64,000 nucleotides of DNA from Planctomycetota bacterium (GCA_046349615.1 JAXMBZ010000005.1:49785-113784), one strand, 5' to 3'. Shown: positions 19,005 to 28,461, counted from the stretch's first letter. Translations and numbers: made by a program. Notes: a model not told the origin generated them from the sequence alone.

Positions 19005-19403
19005 TCAGCCCGCGTCGCGCTTCTTGCGGAAGCCGTGGTGCGACTCGAACTCCGCGCGGACCCGGTCGGGGTTCTCGGCGTGGAGGTAGATCAGCTTCTG
19101 GAGGTGCTCCCAGCTCTCCGCGTCGATCTCGATGAACTCGACGCCGTGACCGAACGGCGTGCAGCGCTCGATGCGCCCGCGCGCGCGGATCACGAAGCCC
19201 TCGGTGCGGCCCTGCGGGAAGATCTCGAGCTTCACCAGCGTGCCGTCGGAGAGCATCGGGTCTCCGGCGTAGAGCACGCCGCGCGCGCAGATGTCGTGCA
19301 CGTGGCCTTCGGACACCTGGTTCGTGTCGGTGGTCAGCGTCGTGCTCATGAGCACGGGAACGCGGGTGAATTCTCGGTCCTGGGGGAACGGTTGCTGCGT
19401 CAT
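19005..19403 (-). CDS. PilZ-domain protein (c-di-GMP receptor).
   Basis: Start taken at the internal MTQQPF ATG; the ORF's first ATG is at 19451. The RxxxR ... DxSxxG-like PilZ pattern is present (REFTRVPV ... DICARGV). Confidence 0.55.
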   Translation of the reverse strand: MTQQPFPQDREFTRVPVLMSTTLTTDTNQVSEGHVHDICARGVLYAGDPMLSDGTLVKLEIFPQGRTEGFVIRARGRIERCTPFGHGVEFIEIDAESWEHLQKLIYLHAENPDRVRAEFESHHGFRKKRDAG

Positions 19404-19561
19404 GGGTGGTCTCGCTCGACGTCGAGAACCCAGGGTCGGCGCTTCCCGCACAGGTTCTTGAGCAGGCGCGCTGCGATCCTCTCACGAGAGCGCCCGGTCC
19501 GCATTGACGCTGCGGCGGACTGCGCACCGTCGCGCCCTCCCCAAGGGCGATCGTCGGGGAC

Positions 19562-20503
19562 TCAGACGTCTCCGCGCGCTTCGAGCGAGCGGTAGTACAC
19601 CGCCTGTCCGCCGCCCATCGCCTTCGCCGCGTGGAGCGCGCTCTCCGCGTGCAGTCGCAGCGTCTCGAGCCCGTCGAGGTCCGTTCCGTCGTACGTCTCG
19701 AACCCGATGCTGGTGCTGACGACGAGGCCGCTCGCGCGCGTCGAAAGCTGCGGCGAGAGGCGCGCGACCGCGTCGCGCAGTCTGCGCACGGCGTGCGCGG
19801 CCTCGATTCGGCCGGTGTAGGGGAGGAGCACGGCGAACTCGTCGCCGCCGAGACGTCCCGCGACGTCCTCCTGACGGAGGTTCTTGCGGATCGCCTCGCC
19901 GACCTTCTCGATCACGAGGTCGCCGACCGTGTGGTCCCACTGCTTGTTGATGCGACCGAAGCCGTCGAGATCGAGGATCAGGAGCGCGAGCTCGAAGTGG
20001 TGACGCTGCGCGGCGCTGACGTGCTCGACGAGCCGGCGCTGGAACGCGTCCGGGCGCAGGAGGTCCGTGCGGTCGTCGTGCGCCGCGCGGTGTTCGAGCG
20101 CGAGCACGCGCTGGCGTTCCGCGGCGAGCGCGAGCACGCGCTCGAGCCGCAGCCGGAACTCCTCGTCGCGCGCGTCGCGCGCGAGCCAGTCGATCCACGG
20201 ACTCGCGTGGGCTCGCAGGGCCTCGATCGCGGCCCGCGGATCGGTCGGATCCGCGAGCAGGAGCCCCGGCACACCGTCGCCCGCTCGGGCCCGGAGCGCA
20301 GCGAGCTCCTCGGCGCCGCCGCCGACCCAGGGGTCGAGCACGAACGCGTCGATCGGCCGCTCCAGGGCGGCGAGGGTGTCGCGGACCGAGGTCGTCCGTT
20401 CGACCGGCGTTCCGGCGTGGTCCCAGGCCCGTGCCCGCTCGGCGAGCCCGGCTTCGGGGCGTCCGCCGTGGTCGGCGAACAGGATCCGGAGGGGTGCGGA
20501 CAT
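19562..20503 (-). CDS. Response-regulator-like (receiver) domain fused to GGDEF diguanylate cyclase.
   Basis: The GGDEF motif is intact (RLGGDEFAVLL). An N-terminal REC-like fold is present. The start was set at MSAPLRILFADHG; the ORF start at 20602 gives an Arg/Gly-rich N-terminus. Confidence 0.8.
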   Translation of the reverse strand: MSAPLRILFADHGGRPEAGLAERARAWDHAGTPVERTTSVRDTLAALERPIDAFVLDPWVGGGAEELAALRARAGDGVPGLLLADPTDPRAAIEALRAHASPWIDWLARDARDEEFRLRLERVLALAAERQRVLALEHRAAHDDRTDLLRPDAFQRRLVEHVSAAQRHHFELALLILDLDGFGRINKQWDHTVGDLVIEKVGEAIRKNLRQEDVAGRLGGDEFAVLLPYTGRIEAAHAVRRLRDAVARLSPQLSTRASGLVVSTSIGFETYDGTDLDGLETLRLHAESALHAAKAMGGGQAVYYRSLEARGDV

Positions 20504-20725
20504 GGTGCGGAGCGGGTGGGACCCGAGATCGAAGTCTATCCCGCCCCGGGAAGTCCGGGCTCCGGTGGGTCCTGGCCCCCTTCGGTGGTGGACGGCCTCC
20601 ACAGGGCGAGCGGTGGGGGAAAGAGGGCCGACCCGCGCCGGTTCCGGCCCACGAATCGGTCCCCACCCGCGAAGGGGGCCGGGAGCTCGAGGGGGGCGGT
20701 GGGCGCGGCCCCGCCCGCGCTCGGA

Positions 20726-20753
20726 TTGACTCGCCCCCCTCCATGGATAGAAT
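20726..20753 (+). promoter_or_regulatory. Sigma70-like promoter candidate (TTGACT, 16-nt spacer, TAGAAT) upstream of rpsB.
   Basis: The sequence is ttgactcgcccccctccatggatagaat. It lies in a 550-bp intergenic region and would give a leader of about 300 nt before rpsB. Confidence 0.35.
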
Positions 20754-21056
20754 CCCCGCTCCTTTTCGCGCCCGGACCCCCCGCGCGCCTTCGAGGACGG
20801 CCGATCCGGCGCCGGGCCCGCGTGGTCCGTGAGGCGAGCCCCGCGCTCGCACGCCGACGTCGACCGTCGCGCCCGCGCGGCGTCGGAGGCCTGGGAGGAT
20901 CGTGAGCGGAGAGTCTCACCTCACCGGCCGTCTCGGCCGCGCCGCGCGTTCCAAGTGGAGCGCACGACGCGCACCGCGGCGCGCCACCGACGCGCGACGA
21001 GTGCGCGTCGGACCGGCACTCGGGGCGTACCCGAGCTCGTCCCCAACTCACCATTC

Positions 21057-21923
21057 ATGGAAACCGTCAGCGTTCAAGAACTCATCGATGCAGGTGTGCA
21101 TTTCGGATGCCGCGTGTCGCGGTGGAATCCGAAGATGGCCCCGTACATCCACGGGCGGCGCAACCTCATCCACATCATCGACCTGCGCGAGACCATCAAG
21201 GGCATCCTCCGCGCACAGAACCTCCTCTACCACCTCGCCGCCGAAGGCTCGCCGATCCTCTGGGTCGGCACGAAGCGGCAGGTGAAGGGCGTGATCCACG
21301 AGGCCGGTGAAGCGACCGGCATGCCGATCGTGACCGAGCGTTGGATCGGCGGCACGCTCACGAACTTCTCCGTCATCCGCTCGCGCCTCAAGCGCCTCGA
21401 AGAGCTCGAGAAGATGGAGGAGGACGGCACGATCCACAACTACTCGAAGAAGATGATCAGCTCGATCCGCCGCGAGAAGCGCAAGATCGTGCGCAACCTC
21501 GGCGGCATCCGCGAGATGACGAACATCCCCGGCGCGATGGTCGTCGTCGACCCCGCGCGCGAAGCGAACGCGATCAAGGAGGCCCGCAAGATGGGCCTCG
21601 TGGTGATCGGCGTGCTCGACACGGACTGCGATCCGTCGGACGTCGACATCGTGATCCCGGGCAACGACGACGCGCTCAAGTCGGTGCGTCTGATGGTCGT
21701 CCAACTCACGAAGGCCGTCGTCGAGGGCCGCGCGAACCACTCCGAGCGCATGGCGTCGCTCGGCTCGGCCGAGAAGCGCGAAGACGGCACGATCGCCCCG
21801 GGCGACGAGCCGCGCCCGACGCGCGACAACAAGCTGCCCGACGGGCTCCAGCGCGGCGGCCGCCGCGACTTCGGCGGCGGTGGCGGCGAAGAGGAAGAGG
21901 GCGGCCGCGGCCGTCGGCGCTGA
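21057..21923 (+). CDS. rpsB: 30S ribosomal protein S2, with a Gly/Arg/Glu-rich C-terminal extension.
   Basis: The sequence METVSVQELIDAGVHFG...RWNPKM...GGTLTNF is unmistakable S2. The start was set at the internal ATG; the ORF's first 76 codons are junk. Confidence 0.9.
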   Translation: METVSVQELIDAGVHFGCRVSRWNPKMAPYIHGRRNLIHIIDLRETIKGILRAQNLLYHLAAEGSPILWVGTKRQVKGVIHEAGEATGMPIVTERWIGGTLTNFSVIRSRLKRLEELEKMEEDGTIHNYSKKMISSIRREKRKIVRNLGGIREMTNIPGAMVVVDPAREANAIKEARKMGLVVIGVLDTDCDPSDVDIVIPGNDDALKSVRLMVVQLTKAVVEGRANHSERMASLGSAEKREDGTIAPGDEPRPTRDNKLPDGLQRGGRRDFGGGGGEEEEGGRGRRR

Positions 21924-22128
21924 GCTCCACGCTGCTCCGGTTCCGACCGGAGCGGATCCCGCGGCCGCTCGAGCGCGCCGCGACCCGGCGCCGTGCCCCC
22001 GTGGGCGCGGCGCCGTCGTACCACACAACGAGAACCAGGGCCGCGATGGCTCCGGAGCATGGAGTCCTCGCGCGCGACGCGCGTGAGAGGTTCGCTGCCC
22101 GCCCCACACGAATTCCGAGGAGATCGAG

Positions 22129-22989
22129 ATGGCTGAAATCACCGCGAAGATGGTCAACGACCTGCGTGAGCGCAGCGGCGCTCCGATGATGGACTGCAAG
22201 CGCGCGCTCAGCGCGACGAACGGCAACGTCGAGGCCGCGTTCGACGAGCTGCGCAAGGCCGGGCTCAAGAACGCCGAGAAGAAGTCGACGAACGAGATGG
22301 GCGAAGGGCGCCTCGCGGCCTTCGTCGCGCCGGGCGGACGCGTCGGCGCGATGGTCGCCGTCACGTGCCAGACGGACTTCGTCGCGAAGGGCGACGAGTT
22401 CCAGGCGCTGCTCGCGGAGCTCGCGAGGCAGATCGCCGAGAAGAACCCGGCGAACGCGGAGGCGCTCGGCGCGCTCAAGCACTCGAAGACGGGCGTCGCC
22501 CTGAGCGAGACCGTCAAGCTCCTCGCGGGCAAGACGGGCGAGAACATGGCGATCGCCAAGTTCCAGCGCTACGAGAACGCGCAGGGCCGCGTCGGCTGCT
22601 ACGTGCACCACGACGGCAAGAAGGGCGCGCTCGTCAACGTGACGAACGGCGCCGACGAGGCGGTCGCGACGGACTTCTTGAAGAAGCTCTCGATGCACGT
22701 CGTATCCGCGATGCCGATCCCGGTCGCGAACTCGCGCACGGAGATCCCGCAGAGCGAGGTCGACCGCGAGCGCGGCGTGCTGCTCGAGCTGCCCGACCTC
22801 AAGGGCAAGCCGGCGGAGCTGCAGGAGAAGATCCTGAAGGGCCGCATGGAGAAGTTCTTCGCCGAGCGCGTGCTCTCGGAGCAGGCGTGGATGCTCGACG
22901 ACAAGCTGACCGTGCAGAAGGCCGTCGAAGCGGCGCTCGGGAAGGGCGCCAAGATCGAAGGGTTCGCGCGCTTCCAGATCGGGAAGTGA
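22129..22989 (+). CDS. tsf: Elongation factor Ts.
   Basis: MAEITAKMVNDLRERSGAPMMDCKRAL is the UBA-like N-terminus and TCQTDFVAK the dimerisation core. An AGGAGA Shine-Dalgarno sits 7 nt upstream. Confidence 0.9.
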   Translation: MAEITAKMVNDLRERSGAPMMDCKRALSATNGNVEAAFDELRKAGLKNAEKKSTNEMGEGRLAAFVAPGGRVGAMVAVTCQTDFVAKGDEFQALLAELARQIAEKNPANAEALGALKHSKTGVALSETVKLLAGKTGENMAIAKFQRYENAQGRVGCYVHHDGKKGALVNVTNGADEAVATDFLKKLSMHVVSAMPIPVANSRTEIPQSEVDRERGVLLELPDLKGKPAELQEKILKGRMEKFFAERVLSEQAWMLDDKLTVQKAVEAALGKGAKIEGFARFQIGK

Positions 22990-23861
22990 ACGGCGATTCG
23001 TTCGACGAGGACGAGCTCAGGAAGTGGTTCGAACGCCACTTCCCGGGCTCGTCCGATCGTTTCGGCGGGATGAAGGACGCGCTGCGGCGCGCGAACGGCG
23101 ATGTCGACGCCGCGTTCGACGAGTTGCGCAAGGCGGGGCTCTCGGAGGAGCGCAAGCGCGGGACGGTCCACCGGAGCGGCGGCATCGCGACCGCGTTCGC
23201 CGCGGACGCTCGCGCGGGAGCGATCGTGCTGCTCGCGTGCCAGACGGACTTCGTCGCGCGGGGAGATTCGTTCCGCGCGCTGCTCGCGGAGCTCGCGCGG
23301 CTCGTGCTCGAGCATGCGCCGAGAGACGTCGAAGCGCTCGGAGCTCTCGAGCACCCGACGAGCGGCGTCACGGTGCGCGAGGCCGTGGAGCGGCTCGGGC
23401 GCGAGACCGGTGAGGAACTCAAGCTCGCGGCGTGCGAGCGCTTCGCGAACGCGACGGGGCGCGTCGGCGGCTACGTGCACCACGACGGCAAGAAGGGCGC
23501 GCTCGTGAGCGTGACCACGGGCGCCGACGAAGCGCAGGCGAACGCGTTCTTGAAGCTCCTGAGCATGCACGTCGTCTCCGCGTGGCCGACGCCGATCGTG
23601 GTGACGCGGGACGAGATCACGCCGGCGGTGATCGAACGCGAGCGCGGCGTGCTGCTCGAACTCCCTGACTTGAAGGGCAAGCCGGCGGAACTCCAGGAGA
23701 AGATCCTGAAGGGCCGCATGGAGACGTTCTTCGCCGAGCGCGTGCTCTCCGAGCAGGCGTGGATGCTCGACGACAAGCTGACCGTGCAGAAGGCCGTCGA
23801 AGCGGCGCTCGGGAAGGGCGCCAAGATCGACGGGTTCGCGCGCTTCCAGATCGGGAAGTGA
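22986..23861 (+). CDS. Second, divergent EF-Ts paralog in tandem with tsf (291 aa).
   Basis: Its GTG start overlaps the tsf stop (GTGA). The central region shares the EF-Ts core (LLACQTDFVARGD, GGYVHHDGKKGALV). The last ~85 aa are nearly identical to tsf. The N-terminal ~45 aa (VNGDSFDEDELRKWFERHFPGSSDRFGG) is unlike a standard EF-Ts. Confidence 0.7.
   Translation: MNGDSFDEDELRKWFERHFPGSSDRFGGMKDALRRANGDVDAAFDELRKAGLSEERKRGTVHRSGGIATAFAADARAGAIVLLACQTDFVARGDSFRALLAELARLVLEHAPRDVEALGALEHPTSGVTVREAVERLGRETGEELKLAACERFANATGRVGGYVHHDGKKGALVSVTTGADEAQANAFLKLLSMHVVSAWPTPIVVTRDEITPAVIERERGVLLELPDLKGKPAELQEKILKGRMETFFAERVLSEQAWMLDDKLTVQKAVEAALGKGAKIDGFARFQIGK
23610..23861 (+). repeat. Direct repeat: 3' ~250 bp of the tsf paralog is a near-identical copy of 22738..22989 (the 3' end of tsf).
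   Basis: Long identical nucleotide runs are shared, e.g. gagcgcggcgtgctgctcga, aagggcaagccggcgga, gagaagatcctgaagggccgcatggag, and ctgaccgtgcagaaggccgtcgaagcggcgctcgggaagggcgccaagatcga. Confidence 0.8.
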
Positions 23862-23901
23862 ACGCGGTGCGGTCCATGGGCTCGCACGCACGACGCAGGA
23901 C

Positions 23902-23921
23902 GGGCCAGCGCGCGCTGGCCC
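23902..23921 (+). terminator. GC-rich hairpin downstream of the tsf paralog (gggccagcgcgcgctggccc) followed by a T-containing tract.
   Basis: The stem is 8-9 bp and is followed by gtctgcattt. Confidence 0.4.
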
Positions 23922-23992
23922 GTCTGCATTTGGGGGGGGCGGCAGAGGAGGGACTCGCGGTGACCCCGACGGGGCTGGAGACTAGCTCCCGC

Positions 23993-26614
23993 ATGCCGCG
24001 CGCACGTGTCCTCGCGATCGGGCTCGCGCTCGTGATGCTCGCGATCGCGATTGCGCTCGGCGTGCGGGCGAGTCGCGGGCACGCGCCCGAGGTCGCGCGA
24101 ACGAACGACGCCGCCGCGCGCGACGGCGCGACCTCCACGCTCGACGCGTCGAGTTCCGCGATGGATGCGCCGCGGAACGAACTCGCCGTCGCGCGCGTCG
24201 AGGCCGATCCGTTCGTGCACGAGCCCGCGTACGGGCCCGAGCTCCTGCTGCTCTTCGTCGACGAGGACGGTCGCGCGCTGCCGCGCACGAGCGTGCGCGT
24301 GCTCGATCCCGGGCGCGAGGCCTGGTGCTTCGAGCCCGATCCCGCCGCGCTCGGCGACGATCCGATCGCGGAGGTCGAGCGGCGCGGCGTCGCACGCGCG
24401 AGCGACGACAGTGGACGTCTGCGCCTCGCGCGCGCCGAGCGCCCCGTCGCGCTCCTCGCGCGTTCGGGCGATCGCGCGGCGCTGCTCGAGCTCGCGCCGG
24501 ACGCCGCGAGCCCGTGCGCGATCGTCCTGCATCCGAACCGCGCGCTCGACGTGCGTGTGCGCGACGAGGACGGCGCGCCGCTCGCCGGTGTGCCGCTCGA
24601 GCTGTGCGATCCCGACGACATCACGCCCCTGTGGCGCGGCGCGACGGACGAGCACGGTCGCGCGCGCGTCGAGCGCGTCGCGATCGCGTGGGACGATCCC
24701 GAGCTCGCGGTGCGCGTCACCGCGGGCACGCTGCGGCCCGCGCTCCTCTCGCGCTTCGTCCCGAGCGACTTCGACACCGGTCCGGTCGAGTTCGTCGTGC
24801 CGCGCGGCGATCCGCTCGAGCTCCGCCTCGTCGACGGGCAAGGAAACGTCGTCCCGCTCGCGGGCGAGCTCCGGGTGACGTGCGGTTACCGTGGTCGCGA
24901 GCGTCCGCGCATGTTCGGCGACCCGGAGTCGTTCTCCGTGCCGGTGCGCGACGGGCGCGCGCGGCTCGCGAGCCTCGTGCCGAAGGACGAGACGTTCTCC
25001 GTCGTCTTCGAGGGCATCGATTGGACGATCGACGCGGCGCGCGTGAACCCGCTCACACGGCGCGTCGATCTGCCTCTCGAACCCGCGGGCCGCGTCGTGC
25101 GTCTCCGCGTGCTCGGACCCGCGCGCGAACCGTGGACGGATCGACAGCTCGAACTCCGCGAGCGCTACGAGCCCGCGGGGCACGGGAGCGGCCACACACG
25201 CTCGCGCGCGCCGCTCCGGACGGACGCGGAGGGGCGCATCGTGCTCCTGCGCTCGACGTGGGAAGGAACGGACGTGGCGCAACTGCTCGTCGACCCCGAC
25301 GCGCATCCGCCGCTGTTCGCGTACGTGCCGACCTCGGACGCGCGCGAGCTCGAGCTCGTGCTCCAGCCCGCGCCGCTCGCGCTCTCCGGCCGAGTCGTCA
25401 CGGAGCGCGGTGCGCCGCTTCCGCGCGCAACCGTCGAGCTCGCCGAGCTCGGTCCCGATTCAGCGGGCACGGCCGAGTGCCTCGGCGTCGCGCGCACCGA
25501 TGCGGACGGGCGCTTCGAAGCGTTCGGGTACGGCCGCACGGGACCGGTCGCCGTCTCCGTCGCGCGCGACGGCCACTCGTTCCCCTTCGCGGACGGCGAG
25601 CGCAGCACGTTCCCGCGTTCCATCGGCGCCTACGGCGACCGCGACGTCACCGTGCGCGTCGTCGTCGGCGCGGAGCTCGATGCGTGGATCCTCGTCGATC
25701 CCGCGTGGCTCGACGGCGGCGTGAAGGTCGCGCTCGTCGATGCGGAGGACGCAGAGCGCGACGGTGAAGAGGACGCGGAGCCGGGCGTCGCGGAGGACGA
25801 GGAGACCGGCATCGAGGCCGAGCTTCGACGCGCGGGCGACCGCCTCGTCGCGTCGTTTCGCGGTCTCGACGCGGGCGAGTACGCGCTGCGCGTCGCGACG
25901 CCGACCGCGCGCGCCCCCGTGTTCGTCTCTGCCATCGTGATCCCCGCCGAAGGGCTCGCGCGCGATCCGCGCCTCGAGCCGCTCGACCTGCGCGGCGCGC
26001 TCGGCGATCCCGCGGCCGTCGTCGTCGCCGAACTGCCGACGCTGCGCTTCCAGGACGACGCCGCGCGCGCGTTGGAGCACGGCGTGTGGTGCTACTCCGT
26101 CGACGGCGAATGGCACTCGCCCGTGCCCTGGCTCGGCGGAGAGGTCACTGTGTTCGAGCCCTTCGAGCGCATCGCGGCGTGGAGCCCGGGCCGCTCGCTC
26201 GTCGTGCGGCCCGCTCCGCGCGTTTCGGAGGTCTGGACGCTGCCGCCCGCGCGCCGCGTCACGGTGCGCGTCGACGTGCCTGCGAGCCTGCGTGCGAGCA
26301 CGATCACGTACTCCGCCGTCGTCGAGCTCGACGGCGACTCGAATGCGGCCCTCGCCGAACTCGTCTGGTCCGAGGTCTCGACCGCGCTCGACGCGCGCGG
26401 CGAGGCGCGGTTCGAGCTGCCGGGGTCCGGGCGATGGAAAGCGACGGTGGAAGCGCGCTGGGAGGGCGACGAAGGCGTGCTCCACGAGCTCGAGACGTTC
26501 GTCTTCGAGCTGAGCGAGGACTTCGCCGCGTCGACGCGCTTCGAGTTCGCGGCGGACGAGGAGCGCTGGCTCGCGGTGCTGCGCGAGGACGACGCGCCCC
26601 TCGGTCCGCGGTGA
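23993..26614 (+). CDS. Large N-terminally membrane-anchored hypothetical protein (873 aa) with repeated carboxypeptidase-regulatory / Ig-like beta-sandwich-type segments.
   Basis: A TM/signal anchor (MPRARVLAIGLALVMLAIAIALGV) is present. Motifs such as DEDGAPLAGVPLEL and TDADGRFEAFGY recur. The start was chosen at the ATG after the terminator hairpin; the upstream in-frame ORF region is a read-through of the tsf-paralog frame. Confidence 0.5.
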   Translation: MPRARVLAIGLALVMLAIAIALGVRASRGHAPEVARTNDAAARDGATSTLDASSSAMDAPRNELAVARVEADPFVHEPAYGPELLLLFVDEDGRALPRTSVRVLDPGREAWCFEPDPAALGDDPIAEVERRGVARASDDSGRLRLARAERPVALLARSGDRAALLELAPDAASPCAIVLHPNRALDVRVRDEDGAPLAGVPLELCDPDDITPLWRGATDEHGRARVERVAIAWDDPELAVRVTAGTLRPALLSRFVPSDFDTGPVEFVVPRGDPLELRLVDGQGNVVPLAGELRVTCGYRGRERPRMFGDPESFSVPVRDGRARLASLVPKDETFSVVFEGIDWTIDAARVNPLTRRVDLPLEPAGRVVRLRVLGPAREPWTDRQLELRERYEPAGHGSGHTRSRAPLRTDAEGRIVLLRSTWEGTDVAQLLVDPDAHPPLFAYVPTSDARELELVLQPAPLALSGRVVTERGAPLPRATVELAELGPDSAGTAECLGVARTDADGRFEAFGYGRTGPVAVSVARDGHSFPFADGERSTFPRSIGAYGDRDVTVRVVVGAELDAWILVDPAWLDGGVKVALVDAEDAERDGEEDAEPGVAEDEETGIEAELRRAGDRLVASFRGLDAGEYALRVATPTARAPVFVSAIVIPAEGLARDPRLEPLDLRGALGDPAAVVVAELPTLRFQDDAARALEHGVWCYSVDGEWHSPVPWLGGEVTVFEPFERIAAWSPGRSLVVRPAPRVSEVWTLPPARRVTVRVDVPASLRASTITYSAVVELDGDSNAALAELVWSEVSTALDARGEARFELPGSGRWKATVEARWEGDEGVLHELETFVFELSEDFAASTRFEFAADEERWLAVLREDDAPLGPR

Positions 26615-26874
26615 CGCGGACGTGCGGGCCGACCGCTCGCACGGGCCGGGGGTTCGCTCGGGACGAGCGCGTGCGAGCGCCCGACACGTGCGCGGCCCGA
26701 CCGCGTGTTCCCGCGAGCGCTTCTCGCCCGCGATCGGCGGCGCGCGTCGCGGGAGGCCGGCGCACACGGCGGAGCCCGGCCCGCGCCAAAACCCGCCGCC
26801 CCGCCGCCTCCGACCTCATGGAAAGCGCCCGCTCCCGCCGCTATCCTCCGCGCTCGCTCGCCGCGACCCCACGC

Positions 26875-27591
26875 ATGGCCACTCCGTATCAGCGCGTCCT
26901 GCTCAAGCTCTCCGGTGAGGCCCTCGGCGACCCCGCGACGGGGCACGGGATCGACCCCGAGGCGGTGCAGAAGATCGCGCGGCAGGTCGCGCGCGTAGCA
27001 GGGCTCGGCGTCGAGATCGCGATCGTGGTGGGGGGCGGCAACATCCTCCGCGGTGCCGAGTTCAGCAAGCTCGGCGGCCACCGCGCGAACGCCGACTACA
27101 TGGGCATGCTCGGCACCGTGATCAACGGGCTCGCGCTCTCCGACGCGCTCGAGCAACAAGGCCTCGCGACGCGCGTCGCCACCGCGATCGAGATCCGCCA
27201 GGTCGCCGAGCCCTTCGTGCGCAAGAAGATCCTCGCGCACCTCGAGAAGGGGATCGTCGTCATCCTCTCCGCCGGCACCGGCAACCCGTTCTTCACGACG
27301 GACACCGCCGCCGCGCTGCGCGCGACCGAGCTCGAGTGCGAGGTGCTGCTCAAGGCGACCAAGGTCGACGGCGTCTACACCGCCGACCCGAAGAAGGACA
27401 AGAACGCGAAGCGCTACGAGGAGATCACCTCGATGGAGGCGATCCAGAAGGGCCTGCGCGTGATGGACGGCACGGCGATCACGATGTGCATGGAGAACAA
27501 GCTGCCCGTGATCGTGTTCAACCTGTTCGAGGAAGGAAACCTCGAGCGTGTGGTGCGCGGCGAACGCCTCGGCACCCGGATCGTGAGCTGA
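26875..27591 (+). CDS. pyrH: UMP kinase.
   Basis: The sequence MATPYQRVLLKLSGEAL...VVGGGNILRG is diagnostic. It runs 238 aa from the internal ATG. Confidence 0.9.
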   Translation: MATPYQRVLLKLSGEALGDPATGHGIDPEAVQKIARQVARVAGLGVEIAIVVGGGNILRGAEFSKLGGHRANADYMGMLGTVINGLALSDALEQQGLATRVATAIEIRQVAEPFVRKKILAHLEKGIVVILSAGTGNPFFTTDTAAALRATELECEVLLKATKVDGVYTADPKKDKNAKRYEEITSMEAIQKGLRVMDGTAITMCMENKLPVIVFNLFEEGNLERVVRGERLGTRIVS

Positions 27592-27593
27592 AG

Positions 27594-28154
27594 ATGACCA
27601 CGCAAGACATCACCAAGAACACCAAGGAGAAGATGGAGAAGGCGGTGCACCACCTCGCGGAGCACCTCAAGCAGATCCGCACGTCGCGCGCGTCGAGCGC
27701 GCTCGTCGACAACATCAAGGTCGACTACTACGGCGTGCCGACTCCGCTCTCCCAGATGGCGTCGATCTCGATCCCCGAGCCGCGGCAGATCCTGATCAAG
27801 CCCTTCGACGGCTCGATCCTGAACGAGATCGGCAAGGCGATCCAGAAGAGCGACCTCGGCATCCAGCCGCAGAACGACGGCAAGGTGCTGCGCCTCACGA
27901 TGCCGCCGCTCTCCGGCGACCAGCGCAAGAAGTACGCGGCGAAGGTCAAGGAGATGTGCGAGGAGACGCGCGTCGCGCTGCGCAACGTCCGTCGCGACGA
28001 GAACAAGGTCGCGGACGCGGAGCTCAAGGGCGGCGGCCTCACCGAGGACCAGTCGAAGAAGCTCCACGACGACATCCAGAAGCTCCTGAAGGAGTACGAG
28101 GACAAGGTCACGCAGCTCATGGACAAGAAGACCGCCGAGATCATGGAGGTCTGA
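27594..28154 (+). CDS. frr: Ribosome recycling factor.
   Basis: The product is a 186-aa protein with a typical Frr sequence (LKQIRTSRASSALVDNIKVDYYG). It begins 3 nt after pyrH. Confidence 0.9.
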   Translation: MTTQDITKNTKEKMEKAVHHLAEHLKQIRTSRASSALVDNIKVDYYGVPTPLSQMASISIPEPRQILIKPFDGSILNEIGKAIQKSDLGIQPQNDGKVLRLTMPPLSGDQRKKYAAKVKEMCEETRVALRNVRRDENKVADAELKGGGLTEDQSKKLHDDIQKLLKEYEDKVTQLMDKKTAEIMEV

Positions 28155-28189
28155 TCGCGCGCGGCTCTCCGCGCGACGTCCGAGCGAAG

Positions 28190-28212
28190 CGAGGCGGCCC
28201 CGAGCCGCCTCG
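28190..28212 (+). terminator. Hairpin (9-bp stem cgaggcggc / gccgcctcg, 5-nt loop) after frr, followed by cgcgcttctgt.
   Basis: Direct inspection of the inverted repeat 36 nt past the frr stop. Confidence 0.4.
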
Positions 28213-28300
28213 CGCGCTTCTGTGGGCGGGGTTGGCCCCCGCCGCGTCATCGGGTATCCTCTTCGCCCGCACGCCCGAAACCGGGTGTGCGCGGGCAACC

Positions 28301-28373
<73 letters not shown>

Positions 28374-28461
28374 CCCGCCCCTCCGCCCGCGCGGAGTCGG
28401 GCGGACGCTTGACCGAGAGGGGACCCCGGAGTACTTTCTCGCCCCGCTTTTCTGAAAACGC

